Assembly: GCA_964035545.1 (NCBI GenBank)
Contig: OZ037771.1
Coordinates: forward strand, 4,599,628-4,663,627
DNA: 64,000 nt
Source of the DNA: Bugula neritina
Taxonomy: Eukaryota; Animalia; Bryozoa
Direction: 5' to 3'
Part shown: positions 21,878 through 33,700 of the stretch, one piece after another
Layout: each line of letters starts with the position of its first letter
Numbering within the stretch: the stretch's first letter is position 1
Made by a program: the position numbers and the translations under genes
The notes under the pieces: generated by a model
Database searches by the model: none
The model's input: only the letters and a program-made list of their open reading frames with translations
What the model was told of the DNA's origin: nothing

Positions 21878-24800
21878 CTACAGTTTAGACAATGGAAGAT
21901 GATTATACTAGCTAAGCATAATTTAACATACTTTTTGTGATGAATCTTGTTTCACAAGTTAAGAAAAAGAACCCCACCGAATAAATTTGAAATCATTGTT
22001 TTTTTTTAGCAAGTCTAATTTTTGATTTTAAGATTTCTAAATTAAATATTTGCTGTAAAAGACCCATACACTTTTAGCTATTTACTCACTTTTTAAGCTA
22101 AATAGGCTTTTAATCTTTAAGGAAAATTTACTTATATTCCCTACTCTTTAGTACTGGGTGTATTCCATTGCAAAATAATAAAATACTTAATAATCACCTC
22201 AGAAAATAGTGCTACTTGAATGATTAACAGTAACACCATTACACTAATACAGTAGACTGTCGTAGGCTCACTAATGTTGATGTCCACAAGAACTCCTATG
22301 GAACTATTCATGTAACTTGTTACTGTTACGGTTTCATTTCGAACTCCTGATAAGTTCTTTCTGCAAATATAGAAGTTCCCAGTTCATATTGACATGTAAT
22401 AACACACTTAGACAGCAAGGAAATTTTTAGTAAAAGTTAAACTTGCAAATCTTAAAAGCTTAGTAAGTATTTTATCATTTGAATAAAATTTTGGCTTTAA
22501 AATTGTATATATTGGAAATTTCCGAGCCTTATTAGCATAACAACTATATTTTTCTTTTTAGGTTACACTATATGCAGAGAAGCAAAAACATTTTATTATA
22601 ATTCAAAGCAATTTAACACATTTACAATGTTCAATAAGTAATGCATCATTATTTATGATTGGTTTGTTTATACTAAACAAGCCAATGGTAAGTACTGATA
22701 AAAGTTATCAAAGCTATCAAGTATTTGCTTTAGAATATAAAATTAATATACTTTACTAGCCTTGGTTTCAAAGTGCAAGATAACAACACCAAGTGTGGGT
22801 TGTTATTTAGCTGATATCCAGTGATATTTGAGTCTGACTCACAGTCTAGTTTAGAAGTGAGATTAACAGATAAGACAACGTCCTTGAGATTTGAATAATG
22901 AGTATAGTTTGACAGCGATTCCAAAGACACTGTTACGTCTGTGGCATTGTAAGGTAAAGTGAAATCTACAGCAATAGCATGTTCTATAATTGTAAAGTAA
23001 AATGAAATCTACAGCAATATTATGTACATAGTTGTAGCAAAGCAATATTATGTATGTGCATATAAATATTAAAGTGAAATCTACAGCACAGCAATATTAT
23101 GTGCAAGGCTAGTAAACTCAGGAGGAAACACTTTAAAATTGAAAAAAAATCGAGTGCTGTGTGTAGCGTTTAGTTTAATGAAGAATAATGTGCTGGTTTT
23201 CAAATTACATGTGTTGTATTACTTGTATTATTCTTTTAAGAATTTTTCAAATATGCTGAAAGTAAATAAAATAAAAACTTACTAATATCAACAGTAGAGT
23301 ACTGGGAGATTACATGTATATCAGTTATGCTTCTTGCTACCTGGGAATTCAAAAATTTAGTGTGCCAAAGAGAAGACAACACCTAGAACAGAAAAACAAT
23401 CCCCCATTGAGATTAATACAAAAGAATAAAGTTTTAGAGTTATGCAGTCTGAATTATGTAAAACTAGAAAATTTGTTAATGTATGCGTTGGCCAAACGCA
23501 CCAAGATAAAAAATGACAACCTATTGCTAAATTTTGAGGCATTCCATTACTACCACTGGACTGGAGCAAAGTAGTAGGAGTAAAATATTCAAGTTATTGA
23601 CTATTTGGCTGAAGAAGTAGAATTATAAATGAAACATATTTGGTAAACAATACTCTAATGAGAAGAGTAAGTATGAATAAGGCATTCTCACCACAGAGGA
23701 TACTACAATGAGACAGAGTATTGACTTGAGTAACGTCTGGCAGAGACATGACTTGGTCACATACATTCTCTTTGCCTGCGCTCTTTCAGCGTGAGATGCT
23801 CTAATGCAGATACACCATAAGCATATTATAAAACTTATGTGGGTTATTAGTCACCGTCCCCATAAAAACTCTTAAACCCCAGAGAGGTTATTTTACGTGG
23901 GTAGACAACTTTTCACATTCACGTATAATTATTATATTTATTTTTAAACGAAATTTTTGCTTGATGAAGCCTATGAAAAAATTTTATACAAATATTGCTA
24001 AGCAATAGCATCTGTAAATAATATATATATGAAACACTCCAAATATGCTAGTATTATTATAAAACTGAAGGCGTTTATTTACTGCTATAATGTGTTGCAT
24101 AAAAATGCATGTTTACTATAGGAACAAAGTAAATAAGGTTCTACACGATATTTAAATATACATTTCTGTTTCATAGCTGCCATTTTATTACACTTACATA
24201 TACCTGTATAGTATTACACTTACATATAACTGTATAGTATTACACTTACATATACCTGTGTAGTATTACACTTACATATACCTGTGTAGTATTACACTTA
24301 CATATACCTGTGTAGTATTACACTTACATATAACTGTGTAGTATTACACTTACATATAACTGGGTAGTATTACACTTACATATAACTGTGTAGTATTACA
24401 CTTACATATACCTGTATAGTATTACACTTACATATAACTGGGTAGTATTACACTTACATATAACTGTGTAGTATTACACTTACATATAACTGTGTAGTAT
24501 TACACTTACACATAACTGTGTAGTATTACACTTACATATAACTGTGTAGTATTACATTTACATATAACTGTATAGTATTACACGTACATATAACTATGTA
24601 GTATTACATTTACAGATAACTGTGTAGTATTACACTTACATATAACTGTATAGTATTACACTTACGTATAACCCTTACCGTGGTAAAGTCAGCGTAAGAG
24701 CCGGAACTGTTGATGTCGTAGCTCTCGACAGGAGTCTGTCTTCTTCATGACTGCTGAATGTAGGGGAAGACGAATCTTTTCTGTGTTTTAGAGCAGACGT

Positions 24801-26199
24801 ATGAGGGAGAGCCAGTATTGATTTCTTTATGCTGCCGCTACTGCTGCCGCTGCCGCTGTCATCAGTTGCTTCACCTATTATTGAGCTGCTGCCTATTGGA
24901 CTAGATTTCTCAGCTTGAGAGCTTTCGTAGACTGCGGATAGATTGTGGGTGGATCGCGCATCGGCTCCAACTGGTAAATTAAGATCAAGAGTCAATCCTG
25001 AAGATATGGTTTGATTGGAGCCACTGCCTTTTGAGTATTTCTTTTTTCTGTGTTCTGAGGAAATGTCTTCTTATAAAAATATAGAATAATAATATAAGCT
25101 GCGTTGCGTTGTTACACAGAGAAGGACAAACAAAGGTGAATGTATAATAATACATTATATACATAGCCTATATTATACAGTAATACATTGCATAAATAAT
25201 ACAGCATTACATGTATAAATTATACAATGATACATCGTATTAATTATACAGTAATACATTTTATTACTTATGCAGTAATAAAAGAATACAATGATACAGC
25301 ATGAAGCTGAGCTGGCACAAGCAATTGGAAGCTGAAGGTGCAACACACCCAAACCACCTATTTATGAAATAAAATTCTTAAACAAGTTAATTAGGTTCTT
25401 CTGTATACCTTTTTCAGTTTTTTATCAGCTTATATTTTGATCAAAGTAAAGCACTTTGAAAAACCTGTCTAAACTCCATTTTCTTTAGTAATAGTTTATT
25501 TATGCGCACATAAAATTGTATAAAACTTTTAAATGTAAACTAAGCATAATTTTTGAACTTCAATGATAATATGTACGTAAAGAGAGAGTTGGTAAGATCT
25601 AAAAATAGAACGGCATACCTTGGTAGGAGTTCTCTAAGGAAGAGATACCATCACTAGTGCTCTCTGTGCCTTCCTTCCAATATCTTCTAACAGTTGGTTC
25701 ACTTTTTGTACTCTCTATGCTTGTAGAGGTGACATTGGAGTTCAGATCTGCATCTGGAGTGTAAAAACAGAAGCTTGTTTTAGTTTTAGAGTTGAAAAAC
25801 TGTGTGTGAGTAAGTGAGTGAGTATGAGTGAGTATGAGTGTGAGTGTGTGTGTAAGTGTGTGTGTGAGTGTGTGTGTGTGCGCTTGTGTGCAAGAGTGTG
25901 GAATGTGGAGTGTGACTGTGTGAGTGTGTGAGTGTGTGAGCGTGTGAGCGTGTGAGCGTGTGAGTGTGTGTGTGTGTGTGTGAGTGTGTGAGTGTGTGAG
26001 TGTGTGTGTGTGTGAGTGTGCGCACGTGCCGCAACAAACCAAATTACTAAAATGTTGCATAATGCATCACATTTGACTTTGGCTAGAAAATTCTAATAGC
26101 CTCAGTTAAAAATTACTAACCTGAAAATGTCTGGTAAGATTTGATCATTTTCTTCCTTCTTGGAGACCTGGTGGTTGACTTTCGATTAGTTCGAAACAT
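13840..26199 (-). CDS. Divergent P-protein (OCA2-like; ArsB/NhaD ion-transporter superfamily) membrane protein; ~882 aa, 17 coding exons
   Basis: Exons 26199-26121, 25753-25619, 25069-24679, 23800-23692, 23340-23283, 22965-22761, 22360-22198, 21652-21584, 21140-20991, 20271-20147, 19107-18828, 18351-18094, 17586-17395, 16394-16218, 15292-15205, 14845-14755, 13918-13840; in phase (2649 nt). Ser-rich cytosolic N-terminus with EEDRLL dileucine motif, TM1, sequon-rich luminal loop, then MMVLVNSLIHSGLY, IATNVGNLLTVIG, INWLTLLY and LGANLTIYAAISNVIAVRAAAEHG, which parallel OCA2 MMILVAIFSETGFF, FTNIGGAATAIG, VEWATLLFF and [24 protein letters not shown]. Start codon less certain. Confidence 0.82.
13907..14335. 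repeat. ~44-45 bp minisatellite (~10 copies) overlapping the final splice acceptor of the OCA2-like gene
   Basis: Unit GAGTAATCCCAACCTACAAGCATATAAACTACTGTATATTATATA; the lowest-coordinate copy contains the real acceptor at 13919-13920. Confidence 0.92.
16983..17273. mobile_element. ~290-bp MITE, PIF/Harbinger-like
   Basis: Imperfect terminal inverted repeats (CCCTCATTCACACTTA / TAAGTGTAAATATGGG), subterminal inverted repeats (AAATGTCAGCCATTTTTA / TAAAAATGGCTGATATTT), TTA flanks, non-coding. Confidence 0.6.
19157..19300. repeat. Degenerate short tandem repeat (GCAATTAGCAAAT/GCAATTGACAAAT units)
   Basis: Direct reading, intronic. Confidence 0.75.
20735..20940 (-). mobile_element. tRNA-derived SINE copy 1
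   Basis: Minus-strand B box GGTTCGAAC followed by GGTGATGTTAGGAAGAGCACCCAGTC; clearly homologous to 29890-30090. Confidence 0.7.
21798..21873. repeat. (TA)n microsatellite
   Basis: Direct reading. Confidence 0.97.
24187..24670. repeat. 26-bp minisatellite (~18 copies) abutting a splice donor
   Basis: Unit TATTACACTTACATATAACTGTGTAG; most copies read GTAAGT on the transcribed (-) strand. Confidence 0.95.
25800..26022. repeat. (TG)n/(GAGTGT)n compound microsatellite
   Basis: Direct reading; source of the HTHT ORFs. Confidence 0.95.
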
Positions 26200-28667
26200 T
26201 TTCTGAGTTCAGAATGACTTCTATTGCCCCCACCGATATTCAAGTGTATAATATCTCAGCAATTAACACTTAGTAGGCAGCTTAAGAGGTTCACCCGAAA
26301 GTGGTAGTTGGTCTGGTGATATCTAATTGATTCATTAAAATTTTTTTTCATTTGAATCATTCGAGCTAATATAAGCTATTCTATTCAAGGTAGGAAATTT
26401 AACATAGATGCTGAAGTTTTCGGGGCTGAGAGACAAAACTGCATCAAACTAAACAACCACTCTTAACAAAAATTACCTCTTAGTGTAACTGTGATAATGA
26501 CTCTAATTTACTTTTTTAACTTAATATAGTTTAAATTATAACTATCTTATCTCACTAGCAGTTATAACAACTACCTGACTGGGGTTTGAACTCACCTAAT
26601 GGCAACATGTGATCAAATTGATAAGAAAGTTCAACTGGAGGCACTTATCAAATGTCCGTATGAAATTCACCTGATACCAAACAGAGATATGATTTATACA
26701 TGCCAGCGAAGCAACTCACAAAAACATTAAATACACACACTCTGGAAGTTGAAATTAGACTTTGCTCTTCATCATTCTTTTATCTTGAGATGGAGTGGCG
26801 ACTTGGGTCACTTCACAGCATGATATGAAACTGAATTAGGTTCTAATAAACATTCTTTAGAACAACAACATAAGCTATATTTAGCTGAACATGCTTTCTG
26901 ATAATGTTAAATGTCAAGTGTACGCTCTACACTCTACAGCAATTGTGTTAAATATAACAATCGAAATTTAACATTTAAAAATTACACTTAATTACTTTCT
27001 TTAAAAAAATTCAGCAGTTATAGAAAAAAACTATAATATACCACATTATTATACAGAGCTTTGCATATGTGTGTAGTTTTGCATTCAATTTATTATGCAT
27101 TCAGAAGCTGTAATTGTGTGTAAAATGTATTTTGAAATGCTTTTCATGTTTGGCTGCGAATGAAAAGAGAACTTTGAACAGTTTGTTTATAAAGTGTGCT
27201 TTTCTATAAAAAAAAAACATGAAGGCCACTGTATGTCACATGTGTTACTTTTGTAGGTCAATGCTAAACCCTACCTGGGTTTCTATAGTGTCACAGATAA
27301 TAGGCCTTTGACTGATAAAATTGCTTTTGTACCAAGTCGGTAGCTATCAGACTAAAAACGTGTCTTTCCCAATAGCTATAAAGCTATAAAATGTTGAGAT
27401 GCATTTAAGTTTTGAAATGGACTTGCAACATTAAACAAAGCTGAAAAATGGAATAACAAAAATACAGTTGTCAAGTTTATTTTTAGGCTTTAATAGCTTC
27501 CATGCAGTTCCACAGATGTGATGGTTTTAAAATCTTTCAAGAGTGTAATTTGAATTTAGATCACCGTTTTGTGGTTTACCTTAGAGTTAAACATCACTCA
27601 ATATTGGCAGGAAAACTAATGCACACTTAGAAATCTTGCTATCAGAATTGCATTAAGGATTGCTAGTAACAATTTAAAGTTCCTGTTGGGTGAAAACGAA
27701 TATAACAATTATATTAAATCAATAACAATCAATAATTTTCAAATAAAACCTTTTTTGTACAACCAAGTGGCTTAGGTCACACTATCTATGAAGAGTTTTT
27801 TCTAACATCTGGCTTATGCTGATCAGTTGTAAGCTTTAAACAGTTCTGTGAAACCCGATCTGAGTAGAAAGGAAACAGCGGCACTATCAGTTTTATAGAA
27901 TATTGTCTACTTTCTAATTTTTACAAAATAACGTATTCATAGAAAAAGAACTTACTGACATTGTTGCGGTATTTACACCTAATCATTCTCAACAAGGACA
28001 CTCTCAGCAGCTTGCAAAAAGTGCAAAACAAACAAAACAATAATTAATAGCTATATATATGTTTTATTCAATTTATTTTCATCAGCAAAAGCTCAAAATA
28101 ATTTAAAGCATACAAATATAATGGCTGGCGCCCCTCGCAAAATAAATCTATTCTAACATCGATGCAAACAAATCTGAAACACAAAAAATGGGTTTAGGTG
28201 ATATTGTTTACCGCGTACTCAAATCTCCTAGGGGAAGACAATTCTTGCAGGGAGTGCAAGATTTAGGTATAATAGAAATAAAAGACTGGATAACAACCTA
28301 TCACATAAAGAGCCTATCTTTAATCACTAGCTAACACTTTTATTTTAGGGCAAAACACAAATTAATAGATATATAAATTTAATATTCATATTAAAATAGC
28401 TGATCTAACTCGAACATTAATATATATACACATATTATCATGCACTTTCACACTAAACAATTCTGTAATAACTATAGACAGCAGTTATTACACCATATAA
28501 CTTGCAATTATTGCTACTAAACTATGGTCAAGCCAAACTGTCAACAAAATGTAGTGACTTATAGAATTCACCGATGTTAATAATTTCAGACTATAATATA
28601 GCTTCCATGCAGCTTTTATCTGATGGTTGAATTTGAAAAATAGATAAATAGACAAGCTGCAGTGAGT

Positions 28668-31600
28668 TTATTTAGTAACTGTTGCCGATTTGCTTTGAAT
28701 GACACATTGCATGACCTTGAGAAGAAGGCTGATGAGCACAATAAATGCCACCCACGCCCACCGCACTATGATAGTAATCTCGGCAGATCTCCGGGTTAGT
28801 CTGGCGCAACCACCTGCTTCTCCGTAAAACACGAAGATGGAACCTGCAGAAATTAAATGATGAAACTATAAAGCATTACACGATGCAAAATAAAGTATCT
28901 GGTGCTAAGGTGCAGTTAAAAATATAGTATTAACCTTTTTCTACTGGACTCAAAATTACCCTAGGAAGGGAAGGTTGAACAGATAATTGCATCAACAGAA
29001 CAGAAATTGTAGGGGTTCAAACTTTTTGTAGCAAAAGTCAGTTTAAATTGTATAAATGTTGCAATAAAACAACAAAATAGTGACAAAATGTTTGAATTTC
29101 CAGTTTTAGTATTGATTTTACATTTTTTAGTAATGTTATATTACTTAAAGGACTAAAAATCATAATTTGAAATAGAAACTTAAATATTTTCTATATTATA
29201 TTGTAAGACTTTTGCCCCCACCCGATGCCACAGGCAAGCAGGCACGCCACAGTGACTGCAGAATTCCTAATGTATGTATATTTAAACAATGAATTAAATA
29301 AAAAAAATAACATTGCCACACAATTCTAACTGGTGGTTATGGAATTTAGGTAAAGTAATGAAGTTGATTATCAGAATTGTCTCCCCATATGTTACTGCAG
29401 ACTGATAGAAGCTGATATTTCAAGTAAGTTTTTATAAGCTTGAGCACCGAGACTTGTTGGACCAGGATGTAACTATAAGATGATTCATGGATGTACTAAG
29501 CTAGGTATTTGCCCAGAAATGTTGAATATTTGGGGAGTATATGTACAGGGAATGTACATACTTGCTACATGACAATGTAAGCCCAAGTTGTAAATCTGCT
29601 GGCAAGAATTTATGTGATGGTGCACTAGATAAGAATTTGCAGGCTTTCTAGTGCAAAGAAGAATTCCTTATATAGTTTTGAGCAATGTGTTTGTAACAGT
29701 GCATGTTACGCCTTAGTTTGATATTGCGTGTATACTCTTTATATTAATGTTATAACACCTGGAATATTTGTAATAACTATGTGATTATACTAGAAGATAA
29801 TATAAATATAATCTTATTTGTTATATTTTATATATTGGGAATTAGTATTGGCTTAGTGGATGCATAGAATAAAATTGACATAAAAAAGTCCCGCAAGTTT
29901 ATAGTGAGAAAACCACCTAAGGGAAAGGGTGTTTTGTTAGATCGGCTATAATTAGGACTTATTCATATGAGGCACAGGAGCAATTATGGCTGGATTCTCT
30001 TCCTAACATTACCAATGGTCTTTGTTGGGTTTGAACCCATGACTACGTGCTTACTTAGCCAACGCTTTAACCCCTTAACCACGGCTTTTCACAGAATAAA
30101 GTTTGCATATCTGCCCAAATATTACAACCAATAAATCAGAGTTTTCACGAAGTAATTTTTATAGTTATAATTGACATGGGTTAGACCTTTGAAGGAGGAG
30201 ATATGGAGTGGCTGAAAGTCCTGTCATTGTGCTAGGAAAAGGGTAGATGCATATCCATGCTAAGTAATTTATTACATGAAACTATGTGAAGTTTATTTAA
30301 TAATATTTTGGTCATAATTTGTATTATAAGCATTTAAATAACATGGCAGAATTTTCCTGACTGGTACCTTTTGTAATATATATGCTATAGAATAATATAT
30401 CTGATCTATTACTAAATTGACAGATATATGGCACATTTTAAATATTTCTTTTGTGCTTGTCAAATTTTTAAATGTTTAATTGCACTTTTTCAGAAATTTA
30501 AAAAGTAACTTTCTTGTAGTGTTAAGATTCCCCAAATGTTTTACACTTTTGCTACTTTATACCAATCATAAAGACAAGTACATAGAAAGCTGATTTAGCC
30601 AACTACTAAAAGAGTGGTACACAGGTACAAAATAAGTACATCCTCAGGCCGATTTGGAGAACCGATAATTCCTATGATATACTAATTTATTTCTGCATAA
30701 AATATACTTATTGGAATGAGGTTAGGATAAAAGAATTAGTTATAAAAACACTTATTAGAGTGAGTTCCAAAACATATGAACTTATTTATTGATAGCTATC
30801 TTACCAGCCACCAACCAAGCAACAGCAATCACTAGCAGTAGATTGGCTACGAACTTTCTGACGATATGTCTTCCAACAGTTCTGTCACCTTGCATACAGT
30901 GAACCTACAGAGTATAAGACTTTCTTTTATAAACATTATTCTTCTGCAACCCATACATTACTGTAGCATAATATTTTTACAGTATAGTAATATAGTATAA
31001 TTGTATTATCTTATATTATATTGTGCAATTATATTTTAGTATAGCAAAATGATGGCTTATTTTAATATTACTAGTAATTTTTCTGCTTAATAAGGAGCCT
31101 CAACTCTATATTATCATAATAGAATATAATTTTATAATTTATAATATTAAAAAACAATATACTAAAATGGATATCATTATATACAGTATTATATATTATA
31201 ACTCATATAAATCCTAAAATATATAATTGCATACATTATGATATATAATACTATTATATACATTATATAAGATATTATTCAAGTGTATAATGTTTTGTAT
31301 TATGATATTATAATATAAATTTATATCTAAAGATTCAAAGCGACTCTTGAAAGCATATACATAATTATAGATATTAGATGTCCAACCAAACCTCTAAACT
31401 ATGCGAAGACACTTATCGACAGTTTATAACAACATTTCATGTGTAACACAAAGAGAGAGATTTCAATAGAAACAGAAGATGTCAAGGTCAAATTTGTACC
31501 TTCAGATCTCCAGATCCCACGTAGAAACCAGTGGCTCTCTCCAAGTCGTTGCATCGGATGAGAGCACTGCAGACGGTCCAGAGAATCCATACAATGCCAT

Positions 31601-33662
31601 TAATCACCAGGTAGAGGGGAATCAGGTCAACCTGCAACATCAGCTGGCAGGTCAAGGTTAGCTTAATGAGTGACTAGAAGACTAGCGCTCCTACTGAGCA
31701 ACCCGACTTGTGGTGTGTAAATAGGCTAAATGTATGTGGTACACAGACTATTTAATGGTGTTCAGGTAAATAGTCCAATACAAATATGCTTTACTAGAAG
31801 TTCTTTAGAATTAAATTTCAAAACAATGTTATAATGATTATTGAGATCAATGTAAGTAGTTGATAAGTTTCTGTTATTCCAGCATCATGATTTGTTGCAT
31901 TACCTTTTCATTAGTTTGCTCTTTGAAACATCCACCAAAGCCGGAAGCATCTCCCATAAATTGCGTGTAATTATCCTGAGCGTCCGATAGGGCAATTGAA
32001 CCTGGGAAATTATAGGAAACATATATCAACAATATTACAGCAATTAAGAACGCAACTCTTAATACATTGTGGCTGTATAAACTTCGGTTAGTGTATAAAG
32101 GGGAAATAACTCCAAGAGAAAATCAAGTTGGAAAACCAATCCTAATATAGAATATTTGTAACTTTTAGGCAATAAAACCAATTCCAAGAACAACCTGATT
32201 ATTATGGTTTTATAAAAACCATCCTTTTCCATCAATTTTTCCCCTGTTTAGCTGTATTATCAACTCTAGTACTCTAGTTGAATAAAAACAAAGTATTCAG
32301 CTATGAACATATGGTAAGCTAGGTGCCACCTATTACCTATAATAAACTCCAAACATAAATAGGCTAAACATGAGAGCTGCTACAGGTGTACTGTCAATAT
32401 AGCATTATTATATCTGATATGATTATATATCATTATATATAATAGGGAATACATAGTATCATTTCTATAATTTACATCTTCATTTGCAATAAAAACAAGT
32501 GATTGACTCACTAGGAGACAGAATTACATGCTTTCGGGCTATTAGATTCCTGAGAATCAAGGCTATAATAATATAACTCTGACTCATTCACTATTAATGT
32601 ATCACGTCAATGTTGAGAACTCAGGTGCTTGCAGGTGCTTGCAAGTGCTTACATTCAACTTTTTTCAGTGGTAGGCATGAACTCATTCACTCTAATTCAA
32701 ATCGAATCAATGACATAATGTGACTCATGAAAAAGCAAGCAAATTTCACAAAAACATCTCTAAAATGTAAAGAGCTATCTCTCTCTTTCCAATCTGAATA
32801 TAATCCTATACTATATTTTATTTTTAGTAGCTTTTTGTGAGGTTTAATGTCATTTTCTACATATTTTTGCATTTGATCTTTGGCACAAAAAGTTCTCATA
32901 CCTTATTGATTGACAGATCTTATTTAAATCATGAAGGCTATACTTGAAAATTTGTTTAGAAATTATTCATACAAGGCTATAGTTAGAGGTGTTGGAGCCT
33001 TCGAAATAATATAACTAGAATTAGCACAGACAAGGTTGTATGAAAGTTTGAATCACATTTTATTTACAGTCACAGCCACAACACCCATTTATATTTTGCT
33101 AACTATTATTAAAGAAAAAGCTAATTAAATATGACAGCTTATATTATGCAGTTTTAGTGTAACCTCTTCCCAACTCTTCAACATAAATATCATTATATAT
33201 TATATGTAAATCTCTAATGCTTGCAAGTTTTATTATAAGGCTTCACAACTTATGTTCAATAATTATACCACCAGGTAAGTAACTAGATGATGTAATAATA
33301 ACATAAGCTTATCTATATTCTGCTGTAACTGTAGCAGTTAATATGATACACACCCTATAAACTTGCCCGAATTAATTTGTATTGCAGCAATGAAAGTGTC
33401 TAGTAATTATAATTGTCTAGTAATGTTAGACAACTGTTGGGTGCAACATTTCCGTGAGAAGTTTAGTAACGCTAATGAAGATTTCTTCCAGAATAGGTGT
33501 GTGATGTGTGTGATGTGTGTGATGTGTGTGATGTGTGTGATGTGTGTGATGTGTGTGATGTGTGTGATGTGTGTGATGTGTGTGATGTGTGTGATGTGTG
33601 CTGTGTGTGATGTGTGTGGTGTGTGTGGTGTGTGTGGTGTGTGTGGTGTGTGTGGTGTGTGT

Positions 33663-33700
<38 letters not shown>

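Noticed and set aside
13907-24670. Regular 45-bp and 26-bp arrays as possible CRISPR-like arrays
   Set aside because: Head-to-tail units without unique spacers, in introns of a eukaryotic gene, no cas genes.
25599-26060. His/Thr-rich ORFs as metal-binding proteins (also 33363-33763, 52056-52386, 12806-13138)
   Set aside because: Microsatellite translations; only 25753-25619 is a real exon.
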